From positions 149,830 to 206,070 of the forward strand of contig MTON01000024.1 of NCBI GenBank assembly GCA_002010665.1: DNA of 56,241 nt, given 5' to 3'. This document shows, piece after piece, positions 10,671-21,250 of this stretch (positions are counted from its first letter, which is position 1; every line of letters starts with the position of its first letter). The stretch is from Candidatus Aminicenantes bacterium JdFR-78. Lineage in GTDB: Bacteria; Acidobacteriota; Aminicenantia; JdFR-78. The notes beneath the pieces were generated by a model that worked only from the letters and a program-made list of their open reading frames with translations, was not told where the DNA came from and made no database searches. The position numbers and the translations under genes were made by a program.

Positions 10671-13600
10671 ATGCCAAAAAGAAAGGACATTAAAAAAATA
10701 TTAATAATTGGTTCGGGTCCAATAATTATAGGGCAGGCATGTGAATTTGATTATTCTGGTTCGCAAGCATGCAAGGCACTGAAAGAGGAAGGCTATAAAA
10801 TAATTCTTGTTAACTCAAATCCTGCAACAATCATGACTGACCCCGAAATGGTAGACAAAACTTATATTGAACCTCTTGTTCCCGAAATATTGACTAAAGT
10901 TATTCAAAAAGAAAAACCAGATGCTATACTTCCTACTCTGGGAGGACAGACAGCTTTAAATTTAACTGTTGAGCTTTTTGAACAGGAAGTCCTTAAAAAA
11001 TATAACGTAAAAATAATTGGAGTAAAGGTTGATTCTATTAAAAAAACCGAAAATAGAGAGTTATTCAAAAAAACAATGGAGGAAATCGGATTAGAGGTTC
11101 CAAAAGGAGGGACTATTCGTAATACTGAAGAAGCTTTAAGATTACTCGATCTTATCAGTTTTCCTATAATAATCAGACCCTCTTTCACTCTTGGAGGTAC
11201 TGGTGCAGGTATTGCATATAATATGGAAGAATATAAGGAAATGATTGAGTGGGCACTTCGTGTCTCTCCAATTCATGAAGCATTAATTGAGGAATCAGTA
11301 ATTGGATGGAAGGAATATGAGTTGGAAGTAATGCGGGATTCAAAGGATAATGTGGTAATTATTTGCTCGATAGAAAATTTTGATCCAATGGGCGTTCATA
11401 CTGGTGATTCTATCACAGTTGCTCCTGCACAAACCTTAACTGATAAAGAATACCAAAAAATGAGGGATAAAGCCTTAAGAATAATTCGCGCTGTAGGAGT
11501 TGAAACAGGAGGTTCAAACATTCAGTTTGCTGTAAATCCTAAAAATGGAAGAATGCTGGTTATTGAAATGAATCCTAGAGTTTCAAGAAGCTCAGCACTT
11601 GCTTCAAAAGCTACAGGTTTTCCAATAGCAAAAATAGCTGCTAAACTTGCAGTTGGCTATACCTTGGATGAAATTCCAAATGATATTACAAAGAAAACAC
11701 CTGCATCATTTGAACCAGCACTTGACTATTGTGTTGTCAAAATACCACGATGGGATTTTGAAAAATTTCAAGATGTAAATACAGAAATTACAACTCAAAT
11801 GAAATCTATTGGAGAAGTTATGGCAATCGGTAGAACTTTTAAAGAAGCACTTCAGAAAGCTTTGAGAGGTCTAGAAAAAGAGAATTCTGGAATTGGAGTT
11901 TGTTATTTAAAAAATCATTTCAAAAATTTGGATATTGAAGAGATAAAATCAAATCTAAGAAAACCCTCTCCAGACCGTTTATTCTATATTCAGGCAGCTT
12001 TATTAAAAAAAATAGAAATTAAGGAAATACATGAACTCACAGGTATAGATCCTTGGTTTTTAGACCAAATAAAACAAATCCTTGAATTCGAAAATGAATT
12101 AATTTCTCATCAATCCAGGGTTCAAAAAATGGGCTTATCATCTCTTACTCCTCAATTAATAAAAAGAGCAAAACAATTTGGAATGTCAGATTATCAAATC
12201 GCGGTTTCTTTAAGGGAAACACCTGAAAACATTAGAAATTATAGAAAAAATCATAATATTGAATCAGTAGTTAAATGCGTTGATACATGTGCAGGAGAAT
12301 TTGAAGCATTTACCCCGTATTATTATTTAACTTATGAGGAAGAAGATGAAATCAAACAAAGCAATAACAAAAAAATAATGATTTTAGGAGGTGGTCCAAA
12401 TAGAATCGGGCAAGGCATTGAATTTGATTATTGTTGTGTGCATTGTGCTTATGCATTAAAGGAAGAAGGAATTGAATCCGTTATGGTTAATTCAAATCCA
12501 GAAACGGTAAGTACTGATTATGATACATCTGATAGACTGTATTTTGAGCCGTTATATGAAGAAGATATTTTGAATATTATTGAAAAAGAAAAGGTAGATG
12601 GAATTATAGTCCAATTTGGAGGACAAACTCCTCTAAATCTGGTTAAAAAAATCAAAAAATTTGGGAATAGTTATATAAGAATTATTGGCACTGCACCAGA
12701 CAAAATAGATATTGCAGAAAATAGAAGCAGATTTAAGAAGTTTATATCAAATCTTAACCTAAATCAACCTCCGGGTGGAGTTGCCTGTTCAGTTGAAGAA
12801 GCAATTAGAATTGCAGAAAAAATTGGTTATCCTCTCTTAGTAAGACCTTCATATGTAATTGGCGGAAGAGCAATGGAGATAATTTATTCTCGCTCTATGT
12901 TTGAAAACTATTTTCTCAATCAGACTATAAAAGTATCAAGAGAATATCCTATTTTAATAGATAAATTTATTGAGGATGCAATTGAAGTTGATGTTGATGC
13001 AATATCTGATGGAGATACTGTAGTCATTGGAGGTATAATGGAACATATTGAAGAAGCAGGTATTCACTCTGGTGATAGTAGCTGCGTTATACCTCCTGTT
13101 ACACTGGCTAATTCTCAAATTGAAGAAATAAAGCGCCAAACCAAATTAATTGCTACAAAGCTAAGGGTAAGAGGACTTTTAAATATTCAATTCGCAATAA
13201 AAGGTGATTTAATTTATGTCTTAGAAGTTAATCCAAGAGCTTCCCGAACAATTCCTTATGTAAGTAAAGCAATTGGTATTTCATTAGCTAAATTAGCGAC
13301 AAAAGTTATAATAGGAAAAAAATTAAAGGATTTAGGCTTTACCAAAGAAATTATACCAAAGCATTTTGCTGTAAAATATCCTGTTTTTTCCTTTGATAAA
13401 CTACCAGGAGTTGATCCAGTTCTTGGTCCAGAAATGAAGTCCACTGGAGAAGTAATGGGAATTGATTCAGATTTTGGAAAAGCTTTTGCAAAAGCTTACA
13501 TTTCTGCTGGACATAATTTACCTACAAAGGGAACAGTTTTCATAAGTGTTAAAAATAAAGATAAAAGAGCAATTATATTTATAGCAAAAAAATTAAGTGA

Positions 13601-13931
13601 TATAGGTTTCAGACTAATAGCTACACAAGGGACAGCTAATGTCTTACAAAATAATGGATTGGATGTAAAGTCAATATTAAAGGTCTATGAAGGAAGACCA
13701 AATGTTATTGATTTAATTAAAAATCAAGAAATTGATATCATAATAAATACCCCTACAGGTAAGGGCCCAAAACAGGATAGTCTAAATATTAGAAAAATAG
13801 CTATAAAAAGATCAATCCCATGTATTACTACAATTTCTGGAGCATATGCCTGTGTAAATGGAATTGAGGCACTTCAAAAGGGAAATCTTGAAGTAAAAGC
13901 TTTACAAGAATATTTTTCATATAATCTTTGA
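10671..13931 (+). CDS. carB: Carbamoyl-phosphate synthase large subunit
   Basis: [30 protein letters not shown] start, duplicated ATP-grasp domains, C-terminal MGS domain. Confidence 0.98.
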   Translation: MPKRKDIKKILIIGSGPIIIGQACEFDYSGSQACKALKEEGYKIILVNSNPATIMTDPEMVDKTYIEPLVPEILTKVIQKEKPDAILPTLGGQTALNLTVELFEQEVLKKYNVKIIGVKVDSIKKTENRELFKKTMEEIGLEVPKGGTIRNTEEALRLLDLISFPIIIRPSFTLGGTGAGIAYNMEEYKEMIEWALRVSPIHEALIEESVIGWKEYELEVMRDSKDNVVIICSIENFDPMGVHTGDSITVAPAQTLTDKEYQKMRDKALRIIRAVGVETGGSNIQFAVNPKNGRMLVIEMNPRVSRSSALASKATGFPIAKIAAKLAVGYTLDEIPNDITKKTPASFEPALDYCVVKIPRWDFEKFQDVNTEITTQMKSIGEVMAIGRTFKEALQKALRGLEKENSGIGVCYLKNHFKNLDIEEIKSNLRKPSPDRLFYIQAALLKKIEIKEIHELTGIDPWFLDQIKQILEFENELISHQSRVQKMGLSSLTPQLIKRAKQFGMSDYQIAVSLRETPENIRNYRKNHNIESVVKCVDTCAGEFEAFTPYYYLTYEEEDEIKQSNNKKIMILGGGPNRIGQGIEFDYCCVHCAYALKEEGIESVMVNSNPETVSTDYDTSDRLYFEPLYEEDILNIIEKEKVDGIIVQFGGQTPLNLVKKIKKFGNSYIRIIGTAPDKIDIAENRSRFKKFISNLNLNQPPGGVACSVEEAIRIAEKIGYPLLVRPSYVIGGRAMEIIYSRSMFENYFLNQTIKVSREYPILIDKFIEDAIEVDVDAISDGDTVVIGGIMEHIEEAGIHSGDSSCVIPPVTLANSQIEEIKRQTKLIATKLRVRGLLNIQFAIKGDLIYVLEVNPRASRTIPYVSKAIGISLAKLATKVIIGKKLKDLGFTKEIIPKHFAVKYPVFSFDKLPGVDPVLGPEMKSTGEVMGIDSDFGKAFAKAYISAGHNLPTKGTVFISVKNKDKRAIIFIAKKLSDIGFRLIATQGTANVLQNNGLDVKSILKVYEGRPNVIDLIKNQEIDIIINTPTGKGPKQDSLNIRKIAIKRSIPCITTISGAYACVNGIEALQKGNLEVKALQEYFSYNL

Positions 13932-13947
13932 TTTTTTTTCTTATTTC

Positions 13948-15312
13948 TTAAAAAAATTCATCATGAATTGCAATAACTGCCTTTTTTAAATCTTTCTCTT
14001 TCACAACAAAATAATAAGCAACTTCAGATGCACCTGAAGAAATCATTTCAACATTAATATTCTTTTTAGCAACTGCCGAAAAAACTTTTGCTGCAATACC
14101 TTTTCTTTTTTTAATACCTTCACCAACAACTGCAATGAGTGCAATATCTCTCACTAAAACAAATTTCTCAATAACTCCTCCACATAAATTATTCAACACT
14201 TCATGACTTTTCTCTAAATCCCTTTTATTAATTAACAAGTTTATACAGGTTTGAGATGTGAGAATTGAATAAATATTTATTCCTTTTTGAGAAAGAAGAT
14301 TACCAATTTCTCCTATAATTCCGGGCTTATACCCAACCCCAGGTCCATAAATTCTAAAAACACCTATTTCATTATTAAAGGTAACACTTTTAACAATATT
14401 CTTTTTAACATACCCTTTTGGCAAAATCAGTGTACCTCTTCCACCATCTTTATAAAAATTCCTTATTATAATTTTTGTTTTCAATTCTGTTAAGGGTTCA
14501 ACAGTACGAGGATGTAAAATTTTTGCTCCAAAATAGGAAAGTTCTGCCGCCTCGTAATGTGACAATCTGGTTATTCTCTTTGCATTTCTTACAATTTTTG
14601 GATCAGCGCTCATGAAACCATCTACGTCTTTCCATATTTCTAAAATAGGAGAATTTAATGCATAAGCAACAACAGCTGCACTATAGTCAGAGCCATTTCT
14701 TCCAAAAGTTGTAATTTTTCCTTTTTTAGTGCATCCGTAATAACCTGTAATAACAGGAATAATTCCTTTATTTAACAATGGAACAACATGTTTTTCAAAA
14801 TTCAATTTTGTCTCTTTTAAATCAACAGTTGCATTTTCAAATGAGTCATCAGTTATTATTTTAATTTTCTCAGATTCTAGCTCAGTAGCCTTTATACCAT
14901 TCTGGGTTAAAATTTCAGAAAGGATTATAGCTGAAAACCGTTCCCCATAACTTAGAATATTTGCTTTAATAGAATCTGTTAACTCTCTAGTGTAGGCAAC
15001 TCCATATAATAATCTTTCAAGTCTTTTTATTTTATAGGAGATTTTTCTTTTTACTTTTTTCTTAAAATTTCTGTCATAAATGGTGTTTTCAATTAAAAAT
15101 TCGTGCTTTTTATGAATTTTATTAAGAATTTGTTTTATTTTATTTTCAGATTTTAAAGCTAATTCTATTGCGTGGAAAAGCATATCAGTAACTCCAGAAA
15201 CTGCGGATACAACAATTGCAGTTTTGCTCTTCTCATCTCTAATTATTTCTACTACTTTTAAAAAATTCTCAGGATTGTTCAAACAAGCTCCTCCAAATTT
15301 TGTTATTTTCAT
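13948..15312 (-). CDS. lysC: Aspartate kinase with two ACT domains
   Basis: KFGG, VVSAVSGVTD, GRNGSDYSA, DVDGFMSADP, ELSYFGAKILHP. Confidence 0.92.
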   Translation of the reverse strand: MKITKFGGACLNNPENFLKVVEIIRDEKSKTAIVVSAVSGVTDMLFHAIELALKSENKIKQILNKIHKKHEFLIENTIYDRNFKKKVKRKISYKIKRLERLLYGVAYTRELTDSIKANILSYGERFSAIILSEILTQNGIKATELESEKIKIITDDSFENATVDLKETKLNFEKHVVPLLNKGIIPVITGYYGCTKKGKITTFGRNGSDYSAAVVAYALNSPILEIWKDVDGFMSADPKIVRNAKRITRLSHYEAAELSYFGAKILHPRTVEPLTELKTKIIIRNFYKDGGRGTLILPKGYVKKNIVKSVTFNNEIGVFRIYGPGVGYKPGIIGEIGNLLSQKGINIYSILTSQTCINLLINKRDLEKSHEVLNNLCGGVIEKFVLVRDIALIAVVGEGIKKRKGIAAKVFSAVAKKNINVEMISSGASEVAYYFVVKEKDLKKAVIAIHDEFF

Positions 15313-15313
15313 T

Positions 15314-16366
15314 TTAATTCTCTATTATTTCTTTTTTTAATGCATATTCAGCATTTAACACACTTGTTCCAGCTGCTCCTCTTACAAGATTATTCACATG
15401 AAGAAAAAAGCTTATTTTATTGTTCTTTCTTCTTATCCTTCCTATTACTACTGCCATTCCTTTTTCTGTATGTATATCAAAAATTGGCTGTGGTCTATCT
15501 TTTTCGTTTATTAATATTATCGGTCTCTCAGGTGCAGAGGGTAGTCTTAATTTTTGTGGTTCTCCTTTAAAATTGATTAAATTTTTAATAAAAAGGCTTT
15601 CATTTATTTCTCTTTCAAATTCAAGAGTTATGCATTCTAAATGTCCAAAAGGCACAGGTACTCTTGCACAATTTGCTATTACTTCAATTTCTTTTTCTTT
15701 GATTTTTCCATTAACTAATTGCCCAAGAATTTTTTTTGTCTCTCTTTCAATTTTCTCCTCTTCATCTTTTATATATGGGATAACATTTCCAAATATACTC
15801 ATTGCAGGTATTCCTTTTCTTCCAGCTCCTGAAATAGATTGATATGTTGTAATTATTGCAGATTTCAATTTTAAATTTAAAATTGGCTTTAGGGCCATTA
15901 CAAACCCTGAAGTCGTACAATTTGAATTGGTAATTACAAATCCTCCGTATTTATTTTTCTGTTTTTCTGCTAACTCAAAATGTTCAGGATTTATTTCTGG
16001 AATTATAATAGGTATTTCTTCATTCATTCTATGAGCGCTTGCATTAGAAAAGATATATAATCCGTTATTTCTTAATTCAATCTCAATATCCTTTGCCACA
16101 GAAGAGGGAAGAGCACTAAAAACTATTTTTATATTGTTTTTTATAAAAGTTTCAATACTGGTTTTCTCAATTATCAAGTTTTTTACAATATTGGGAATTT
16201 CTCCTTTCAACATCCAGTTTACTACTTCATTATACTTTTTTCCCTCTGAGTTTGATGACGCTGTCAAACAGGAAATTTCAAAATAAGGATGATTGGAAAG
16301 CATTTTAATAAACTGTTGTCCTACCAAGCCAGTGCATCCCATAATTCCAACTCTCAATTTTCTCAT
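15314..16366 (-). CDS. asd: Aspartate-semialdehyde dehydrogenase (archaeal/fungal-like type)
   Basis: GCTGLVGQ, SNASAHRM, NSNCTT, QSISGAG, NNLVRGAAG. Confidence 0.95.
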   Translation of the reverse strand: MRKLRVGIMGCTGLVGQQFIKMLSNHPYFEISCLTASSNSEGKKYNEVVNWMLKGEIPNIVKNLIIEKTSIETFIKNNIKIVFSALPSSVAKDIEIELRNNGLYIFSNASAHRMNEEIPIIIPEINPEHFELAEKQKNKYGGFVITNSNCTTSGFVMALKPILNLKLKSAIITTYQSISGAGRKGIPAMSIFGNVIPYIKDEEEKIERETKKILGQLVNGKIKEKEIEVIANCARVPVPFGHLECITLEFEREINESLFIKNLINFKGEPQKLRLPSAPERPIILINEKDRPQPIFDIHTEKGMAVVIGRIRRKNNKISFFLHVNNLVRGAAGTSVLNAEYALKKEIIEN

Positions 16367-16381
16367 CTTTTAATTTAAAAA

Positions 16382-17098
16382 TTACCCTTTAGTGATAAGA
16401 ATAGGATCGATTTCTGCCTGAACTATTTCAGGTAGATTCCCAGCTAACCCTATAATATCTCCATAAAAAACCATTATTCCATCAATCTCATCCATCATAA
16501 ATGATTCAATGTTTTCTTCAATTATCTTTCTGTCTTTTTGTTTTATTGAATTACAGAGTGAGGTAGCTACAGCATCTGCTAAGGTAACATTTTTTGAAAT
16601 GACGACCACTGCATCTGCTTTTCCAAAGCTTAAAGAATGACCTATTGTGGCAGATGATGTGCAAATTCCTATAATAGAATCACAAGGATAAAATTTTAAC
16701 CCGATATTACAAACATTTTCTCCAGAATAAATTCCAACAATTATAGGATGATTTATTTTCATTGCAATATCTCCTCCATTATCTACAATTGCATGCTTGG
16801 CTCCTTCCTTAATTAATGCCTTTAAAGTATATTCAGCAATTGCTCCAGCTACGCATGCCATAGGACCAACACCTGCCTTAGCACTTTCCACAGCCATTCT
16901 CTTCACGATCTCAGGAGCATTATAGGGAACAATATAGGGCTTTAAAGTTGACTTGAATAAAGGGTCATTTTTTATGTAATCTTCAAGTAATTTCCTCTGA
17001 TTTATTATTTCTTTCTCTGCAATAGGTATAAATCTTTCCTCACATATCAGGGATATAATAGTTTCCTTAATTTTTATTTTAGTCCTCTTAATTGCCAT
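16382..17098 (-). CDS. UPF0280/COG2122 ApbE-like protein (MA1715-like, sulfur assimilation)
   Basis: GVGPMACVAGAIA, DNGGDIA, GICTSSATIGHSLSFGKADA. Confidence 0.85.
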   Translation of the reverse strand: MAIKRTKIKIKETIISLICEERFIPIAEKEIINQRKLLEDYIKNDPLFKSTLKPYIVPYNAPEIVKRMAVESAKAGVGPMACVAGAIAEYTLKALIKEGAKHAIVDNGGDIAMKINHPIIVGIYSGENVCNIGLKFYPCDSIIGICTSSATIGHSLSFGKADAVVVISKNVTLADAVATSLCNSIKQKDRKIIEENIESFMMDEIDGIMVFYGDIIGLAGNLPEIVQAEIDPILITKG

Positions 17099-17101
17099 TT
17101 T

Positions 17102-18451
17102 TCACTGAACATATATAGCTCCAACAGGGCATACGTCTTCACAGATTCCACATCCATTGCATTTCTGTGAATTCACATGAATATTCCACTTCTGGTCATG
17201 ATAGAAAACATCCTCCGTACAAATAGAAATACAAACTCCACAATGAATACATTCATTCTCATTCCTGAACAAATATTTTTCTTCAGGAATTTCAACCTTT
17301 TTTTCTTTAAAAAATTCTATCTCCTTAGGTTCATTCATAGCCATAGATTGAAAAGTTTCCTTTAAGGAGAGTTTTTGAACTGGCTTAGTTAAGAAAAACT
17401 TTCCATTTTCTATCCACTCCTTTAATACTTGAGCAATTAATTTTGCTTTATAAAAACTCGAAAGGGGAGAAGTTTTAACTTTTTTACCATTAATCTCAAT
17501 ATAACCAGATTTCAATTCTGCATAGCTTACCTTTCGTAGAATCGGTCTTGAACGAGAAGGAATCCCATAATCTAGAACATTTGTAATTATATCTGCATCA
17601 CTTAATCCAGTATAATGAGCTATTTCTTCATTCAAAATAGGTATGGGAATGCCAATTCCCAAATACAAGGTGCAGCCATAACCACTGAAAGTTGCAGCTT
17701 TTAAAAATTTACTAGTCATTTCTTTTAGATTTCCGATTACCATTAGTGTGGAAAATTGGTTTTTGGGATCATGTTGGGTCCCGTTTCCAATTATGTATCC
17801 TTGGGTTCCTCCAATAAATATTCTAGTTCCAATACCAATAGTTTCAAAAAAGGGATCATTCATGAGGGGAGATAGCTCTCCTGCTCCTGAATAGGTCGCA
17901 TTTCCAAAATTCGGAAGAAGTTTACCCATGTATGTATAAAGAATTCTGTTAGAAGAATTTGTAGCTACATTATACTTTTGATATGCATTTCTTGGATTGC
18001 ACATAATAGCCTGATTTAAATCATCAATTGTGAGTTGTGTCTCTATGTATTTTCTTGGATAACAATCAGTTCCATATGCTTCAGCTCTCACAATAACAGG
18101 TTTTCTATTAATTAAATCTTCAATTACATGTGCACCTCCATATTTTATACCTAAGGACTCGGATGGTTGAGTTGCACCTAGATAAGCATCAACTGCAGCC
18201 ACGCCTGTGTATGCTTCAACTCCGTTTATCCATACCTTAGACATTTTAATCGGTGGATCCGCATGACCAAAATTAATCCAGACTCCAGAGGAACACATTG
18301 CTCCAAAAGTTCCAGTTGTTACAACATCTACCTTTTCAAAAGCTTTTTTTGGTCCAATTTCTTTTACAATCTTGGTCATTTCATCAGCTGTAACCACTTT
18401 TACCTTTTCTTTTTTAATTTTTTCATTTATTTCTTCTATAGTTCTTGTCAT
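17102..18451 (-). CDS. Homocysteine biosynthesis protein (DUF39; aspartate-semialdehyde sulfurtransferase MA1821/MJ0100-like) fused to a C-terminal 2x[4Fe-4S] ferredoxin
   Basis: [51 protein letters not shown]; C-terminal [11 protein letters not shown] and [12 protein letters not shown]. Confidence 0.9.
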   Translation of the reverse strand: MTRTIEEINEKIKKEKVKVVTADEMTKIVKEIGPKKAFEKVDVVTTGTFGAMCSSGVWINFGHADPPIKMSKVWINGVEAYTGVAAVDAYLGATQPSESLGIKYGGAHVIEDLINRKPVIVRAEAYGTDCYPRKYIETQLTIDDLNQAIMCNPRNAYQKYNVATNSSNRILYTYMGKLLPNFGNATYSGAGELSPLMNDPFFETIGIGTRIFIGGTQGYIIGNGTQHDPKNQFSTLMVIGNLKEMTSKFLKAATFSGYGCTLYLGIGIPIPILNEEIAHYTGLSDADIITNVLDYGIPSRSRPILRKVSYAELKSGYIEINGKKVKTSPLSSFYKAKLIAQVLKEWIENGKFFLTKPVQKLSLKETFQSMAMNEPKEIEFFKEKKVEIPEEKYLFRNENECIHCGVCISICTEDVFYHDQKWNIHVNSQKCNGCGICEDVCPVGAIYVQ

Positions 18452-18506
18452 TTCAAAACCTCCAAAAGGAATAAAAATTTAAATTTTCGAAAGGGATTAT
18501 TTATAA

Positions 18507-18557
18507 TTCGGGAAGGAATCCCGAACACGGGTTTAAAGTATAGCACCCGTGTTCGGG
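18507..18557 (-). promoter_or_regulatory. Overlapping alternative hairpins in the 5' leader of the homocysteine operon (attenuator-like)
   Basis: Perfect 13-bp stem 18520-18532/18545-18557 and competing 7-bp stem 18507-18513/18519-18525; GC-rich within AT-rich DNA. Confidence 0.6.
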
Positions 18558-18613
18558 TTACGCATTATCATGGCAGGAATTATTATCCAATAAATTTCAA
18601 TTAAATTATCCAT
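18533..18613 (-). CDS. Putative leader peptide MDNLIEIYWIIIPAMIMRNPNTGAIL (26 aa)
   Basis: ATG 18613 to TAA 18533, just downstream of a promoter; 7 Ile and 3 Met codons; the stop codon lies in the hairpin loop. Confidence 0.45.
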   Translation of the reverse strand: MDNLIEIYWIIIPAMIMRNPNTGAIL

Positions 18614-18622
18614 TAGGTGATA

Positions 18623-18651
18623 TTTATAAGAAAAGTTATATAAATTGTCAA
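18623..18651 (-). promoter_or_regulatory. sigma70-like promoter of the homocysteine operon
   Basis: TTGACA-N17-TATAAA on the minus strand, overlapping the stop codon of the YHS gene. Confidence 0.6.
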
Positions 18652-18935
18652 GGCTTTTTTAAAAAGCCTTTTTTATATTCTTCTATGAATTTTTCCTTAC
18701 ATTCCTTTGAACAGAAATAGTATTTTTTACCATTTATATTAACTTCTATTGCATCTTCTACTGGAAGATAGGTATTACAAACCTCGTCTTTAATCATTAA
18801 ATTTGATTTTTTCTGTTGAGGAGGTTCTTTAGGCAATTTGAAAAACGAGCTCCATTTATTTATAAATCTAATGAATTTTATTAATAAATATAATACAAAT
18901 ATCAAAAATCCAATTAAAATTAATTTTACAAGCAT
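18648..18935 (-). CDS. Small membrane-anchored YHS/TRASH-domain protein
   Basis: N-terminal TM helix; KDEVCNTY...GKKYYFCSKECKEKF. Confidence 0.8.
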   Translation of the reverse strand: MLVKLILIGFLIFVLYLLIKFIRFINKWSSFFKLPKEPPQQKKSNLMIKDEVCNTYLPVEDAIEVNINGKKYYFCSKECKEKFIEEYKKGFLKKP

Positions 18936-19022
18936 ATTAAAAATTTAGGCTATTTTTATATGAAAGTCAATTAATTTGACTTTGTCTATCTAATTATTTA
19001 AAATGGAAAAACGAAATTATTA

Positions 19023-20504
19023 ATGAAAAAGAGAGGAATAGTCTTAATTTCCATATTTTTGATCCTTTCTCAAATTATATTTTCACAACAGAATCCTTCT
19101 CCTTATGGAATAAATGGACATGTTCCAAAAAATAGAACTCTATCACTAATAAAAAATGCGGGAATAAAATGGGTAAGAGTTGATTTTAACTGGTATGAAA
19201 TCGAAAGTTCCAAAGGAAATTTTAACTGGAAAGAAATGGATAGAGTTGTGAATAACTCAATAGATAAGGGTTTAAGTATACTTGGAGTCCTTGCTTATAC
19301 ACCTTCTTGGGCAAATAATGGCAAGTCTAAAAATTATCCACCCTTAAAAAAACAGTACTGGACAAATTTTGTTAAAAAAGTCGTGAGAAGGTATAAAAGT
19401 AAAGTCAAATATTGGTCAATGTGGAATGAGCCGAATTTGGAAAAATTTTGGTCTGGAACTTTAGATGAGTATGTATTCAATATTCTAATCCCTGGAGCAC
19501 AAACTGCAAAATCGATTGACTCCAATTGTAAAATTGTTGGACCAGATTTATCACATTTGACTACTGGAGATAATATGTGGAACATATGGCTAAGGGCTAT
19601 TTTAAGAGAAGCAAAGGATTATATTGATGTAATTTCTCACCACATTTATGATATTAGGGGACCAACTTATATTTTCGATAAATTAGAAAATGATCAAGGT
19701 CCTCTGCTTCCATCTGTTCTTAGAGTGCTTAAAGAAGAAGGAGTAGATAATAAACCTTTCTGGATTACAGAAACTGGTTGGCCTACAGATGAAGTAGGGG
19801 AGGAGGTTCAGTCAAAATATTATCTCGAGTTTCTTCAAGGAATGAGAAATAGGTCATACATAAATAAAATCTTTTTTTATGAGATAATAGATGACCCAAG
19901 ACCTGAAATTCCTAAATATGGGATTATTTATAATAATTTTACTCCTAAAAAAGCCTATTATACCTATAAGGACTTCATAGCAGGGAAATATCCTCCTGAA
20001 GAACCTGAAAACAAGGGTGAAAGTGATACTAATTGTCCCATAATAACCACATTAAATAAAGATAAAAATTCTTCAAGAAAAATAATATATCTTAAATCTT
20101 TAAGAGATAATTTATTAAAGTCCACAATCCGCGGGAATGAAATTATAAAGCTATATTACAGATATTCGCCAGAAGTCAATTCAATTCTCCTAAATTCTCC
20201 GTATGCTCGTGAATTAGCATTAGAATGTTTAAAGCCTTTTGTGAAATTTAGTGAAGAATTATTTAAAAATCCTTTAGAATTAGAAAATAAGAAATTTTAT
20301 TTGAAACAAAGAGACTGGGAAAAGATTGAGGAATTCATAGAAATTTTGAGAGCTTTTGCAAGTCCTGAATTGTTTAGAATTGTTAATGAAATAGAGGAGA
20401 GATTACCTCAATATAAAGAAAAATCATTGAATGAATTAATTTTAAAATTAGAATTTGAATTTTCATTTTTAAGAAAAGAAAAAGAAAATAAAAATGAAAA
20501 ATAA
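19023..20504 (+). CDS. Secreted clan GH-A glycoside hydrolase (GH5/GH39-like) with C-terminal CFI-box-CTERM-like domain
   Basis: Signal peptide, WNEPN acid/base and ITETG nucleophile motifs; tail CPIITT...LRDNLL...G..IIKLYYRYSP. Confidence 0.8.
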   Translation: MKKRGIVLISIFLILSQIIFSQQNPSPYGINGHVPKNRTLSLIKNAGIKWVRVDFNWYEIESSKGNFNWKEMDRVVNNSIDKGLSILGVLAYTPSWANNGKSKNYPPLKKQYWTNFVKKVVRRYKSKVKYWSMWNEPNLEKFWSGTLDEYVFNILIPGAQTAKSIDSNCKIVGPDLSHLTTGDNMWNIWLRAILREAKDYIDVISHHIYDIRGPTYIFDKLENDQGPLLPSVLRVLKEEGVDNKPFWITETGWPTDEVGEEVQSKYYLEFLQGMRNRSYINKIFFYEIIDDPRPEIPKYGIIYNNFTPKKAYYTYKDFIAGKYPPEEPENKGESDTNCPIITTLNKDKNSSRKIIYLKSLRDNLLKSTIRGNEIIKLYYRYSPEVNSILLNSPYARELALECLKPFVKFSEELFKNPLELENKKFYLKQRDWEKIEEFIEILRAFASPELFRIVNEIEERLPQYKEKSLNELILKLEFEFSFLRKEKENKNEK

Positions 20505-21111
20505 GAAATTGATCATCGTGATGGTTATTCTGACTACATATAATATTGGATTTGCCCAAAAATCCAATACTGTTTCCTCACGATGGGCATTGGGAGTTGG
20601 AGGAGGATGGTATGGAATGCCAGAAGAAATTATGAGTAAATTAGTATATGAATCTCCTGCTTTGAGAGGAAGTACTTATTTTTTAAAATTAAGTTATGAA
20701 GAGGGTACTAAAAGCTTTATTTCTACTGTTTTTCAACTTTCTTTTGTTTATGAGAAAATGTCAGGTTCAGGTATTTGGCGCTACAAAAAAAACTGGGATT
20801 CAATTAAAGGAAGCATTGATTTGACTCAATATTTGATGAGTATTTCAACTATTTTCAATTTTTTCAATAACTTACCATTAAATCCATATTTTGGAATTGG
20901 TCTTGGTCTGGGCAAGTTAGATATATTTGTAAAAGGACAGCTTGTAAAAGACATTGAAATAGAAGAACAGGATGAAATTGGCCTTTATATTCCTGTTTTA
21001 TATATTCCAATAGGGTTGAGATTAAAAGTATATGACTTGTTTGAAATTAAAGTTGAAACAGGATTTCAGAACGGATTTTATATGGGTGGAATTCTCTCCA
21101 TATATCTTTAA
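20494..21111 (+). CDS. Outer-membrane beta-barrel protein
   Basis: Signal peptide, NPYFGIGLGLG strand, alternating aromatic pattern; overlaps the hydrolase stop codon. Confidence 0.6.
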   Translation: MKNKKLIIVMVILTTYNIGFAQKSNTVSSRWALGVGGGWYGMPEEIMSKLVYESPALRGSTYFLKLSYEEGTKSFISTVFQLSFVYEKMSGSGIWRYKKNWDSIKGSIDLTQYLMSISTIFNFFNNLPLNPYFGIGLGLGKLDIFVKGQLVKDIEIEEQDEIGLYIPVLYIPIGLRLKVYDLFEIKVETGFQNGFYMGGILSIYL

Positions 21112-21167
21112 CATCTTAAAAATAAAAATAGCTTTTTATAAATGGATTGTTTAATTGTTTTTATATT

Positions 21168-21195
21168 GGGTCGTATAAGATATATTATGTAAACC
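21168..21195 (+). other. dif: dif-like XerC/XerD recombination site
   Basis: GGGTCGTATAA-GATATA-TTATGTAAACC: 11-6-11 architecture matching E. coli dif GGTGCGCATAA-TGTATA-TTATGTTAAAT; intergenic between convergent genes. Confidence 0.8.
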
Positions 21196-21250
21196 AATAA
21201 CATATAGATTAAAAAATAAAAAAATGTAAAAAATTCTATTGGGAAAGGAT

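Noticed and set aside
10671-10760. Possible ATA-to-Met codon reassignment suggested by the two ATA starts
   Set aside because: ATA occurs at conserved Ile positions in CarB ([14 protein letters not shown]), so the standard code applies.
18540-18582. SAM-I-like fragments (AATTCCTGC, AACCC...GGGTGCTA) in the homocysteine operon leader
   Set aside because: Wrong order, and the AUCnAGAG, kink-turn and GCAACC core is missing; not called a riboswitch, though an Infernal scan would settle it.
18263-18604. 113-aa plus-strand ORF across the homocysteine operon leader
   Set aside because: Mostly antisense to the DUF39 gene, low-complexity and without an SD.
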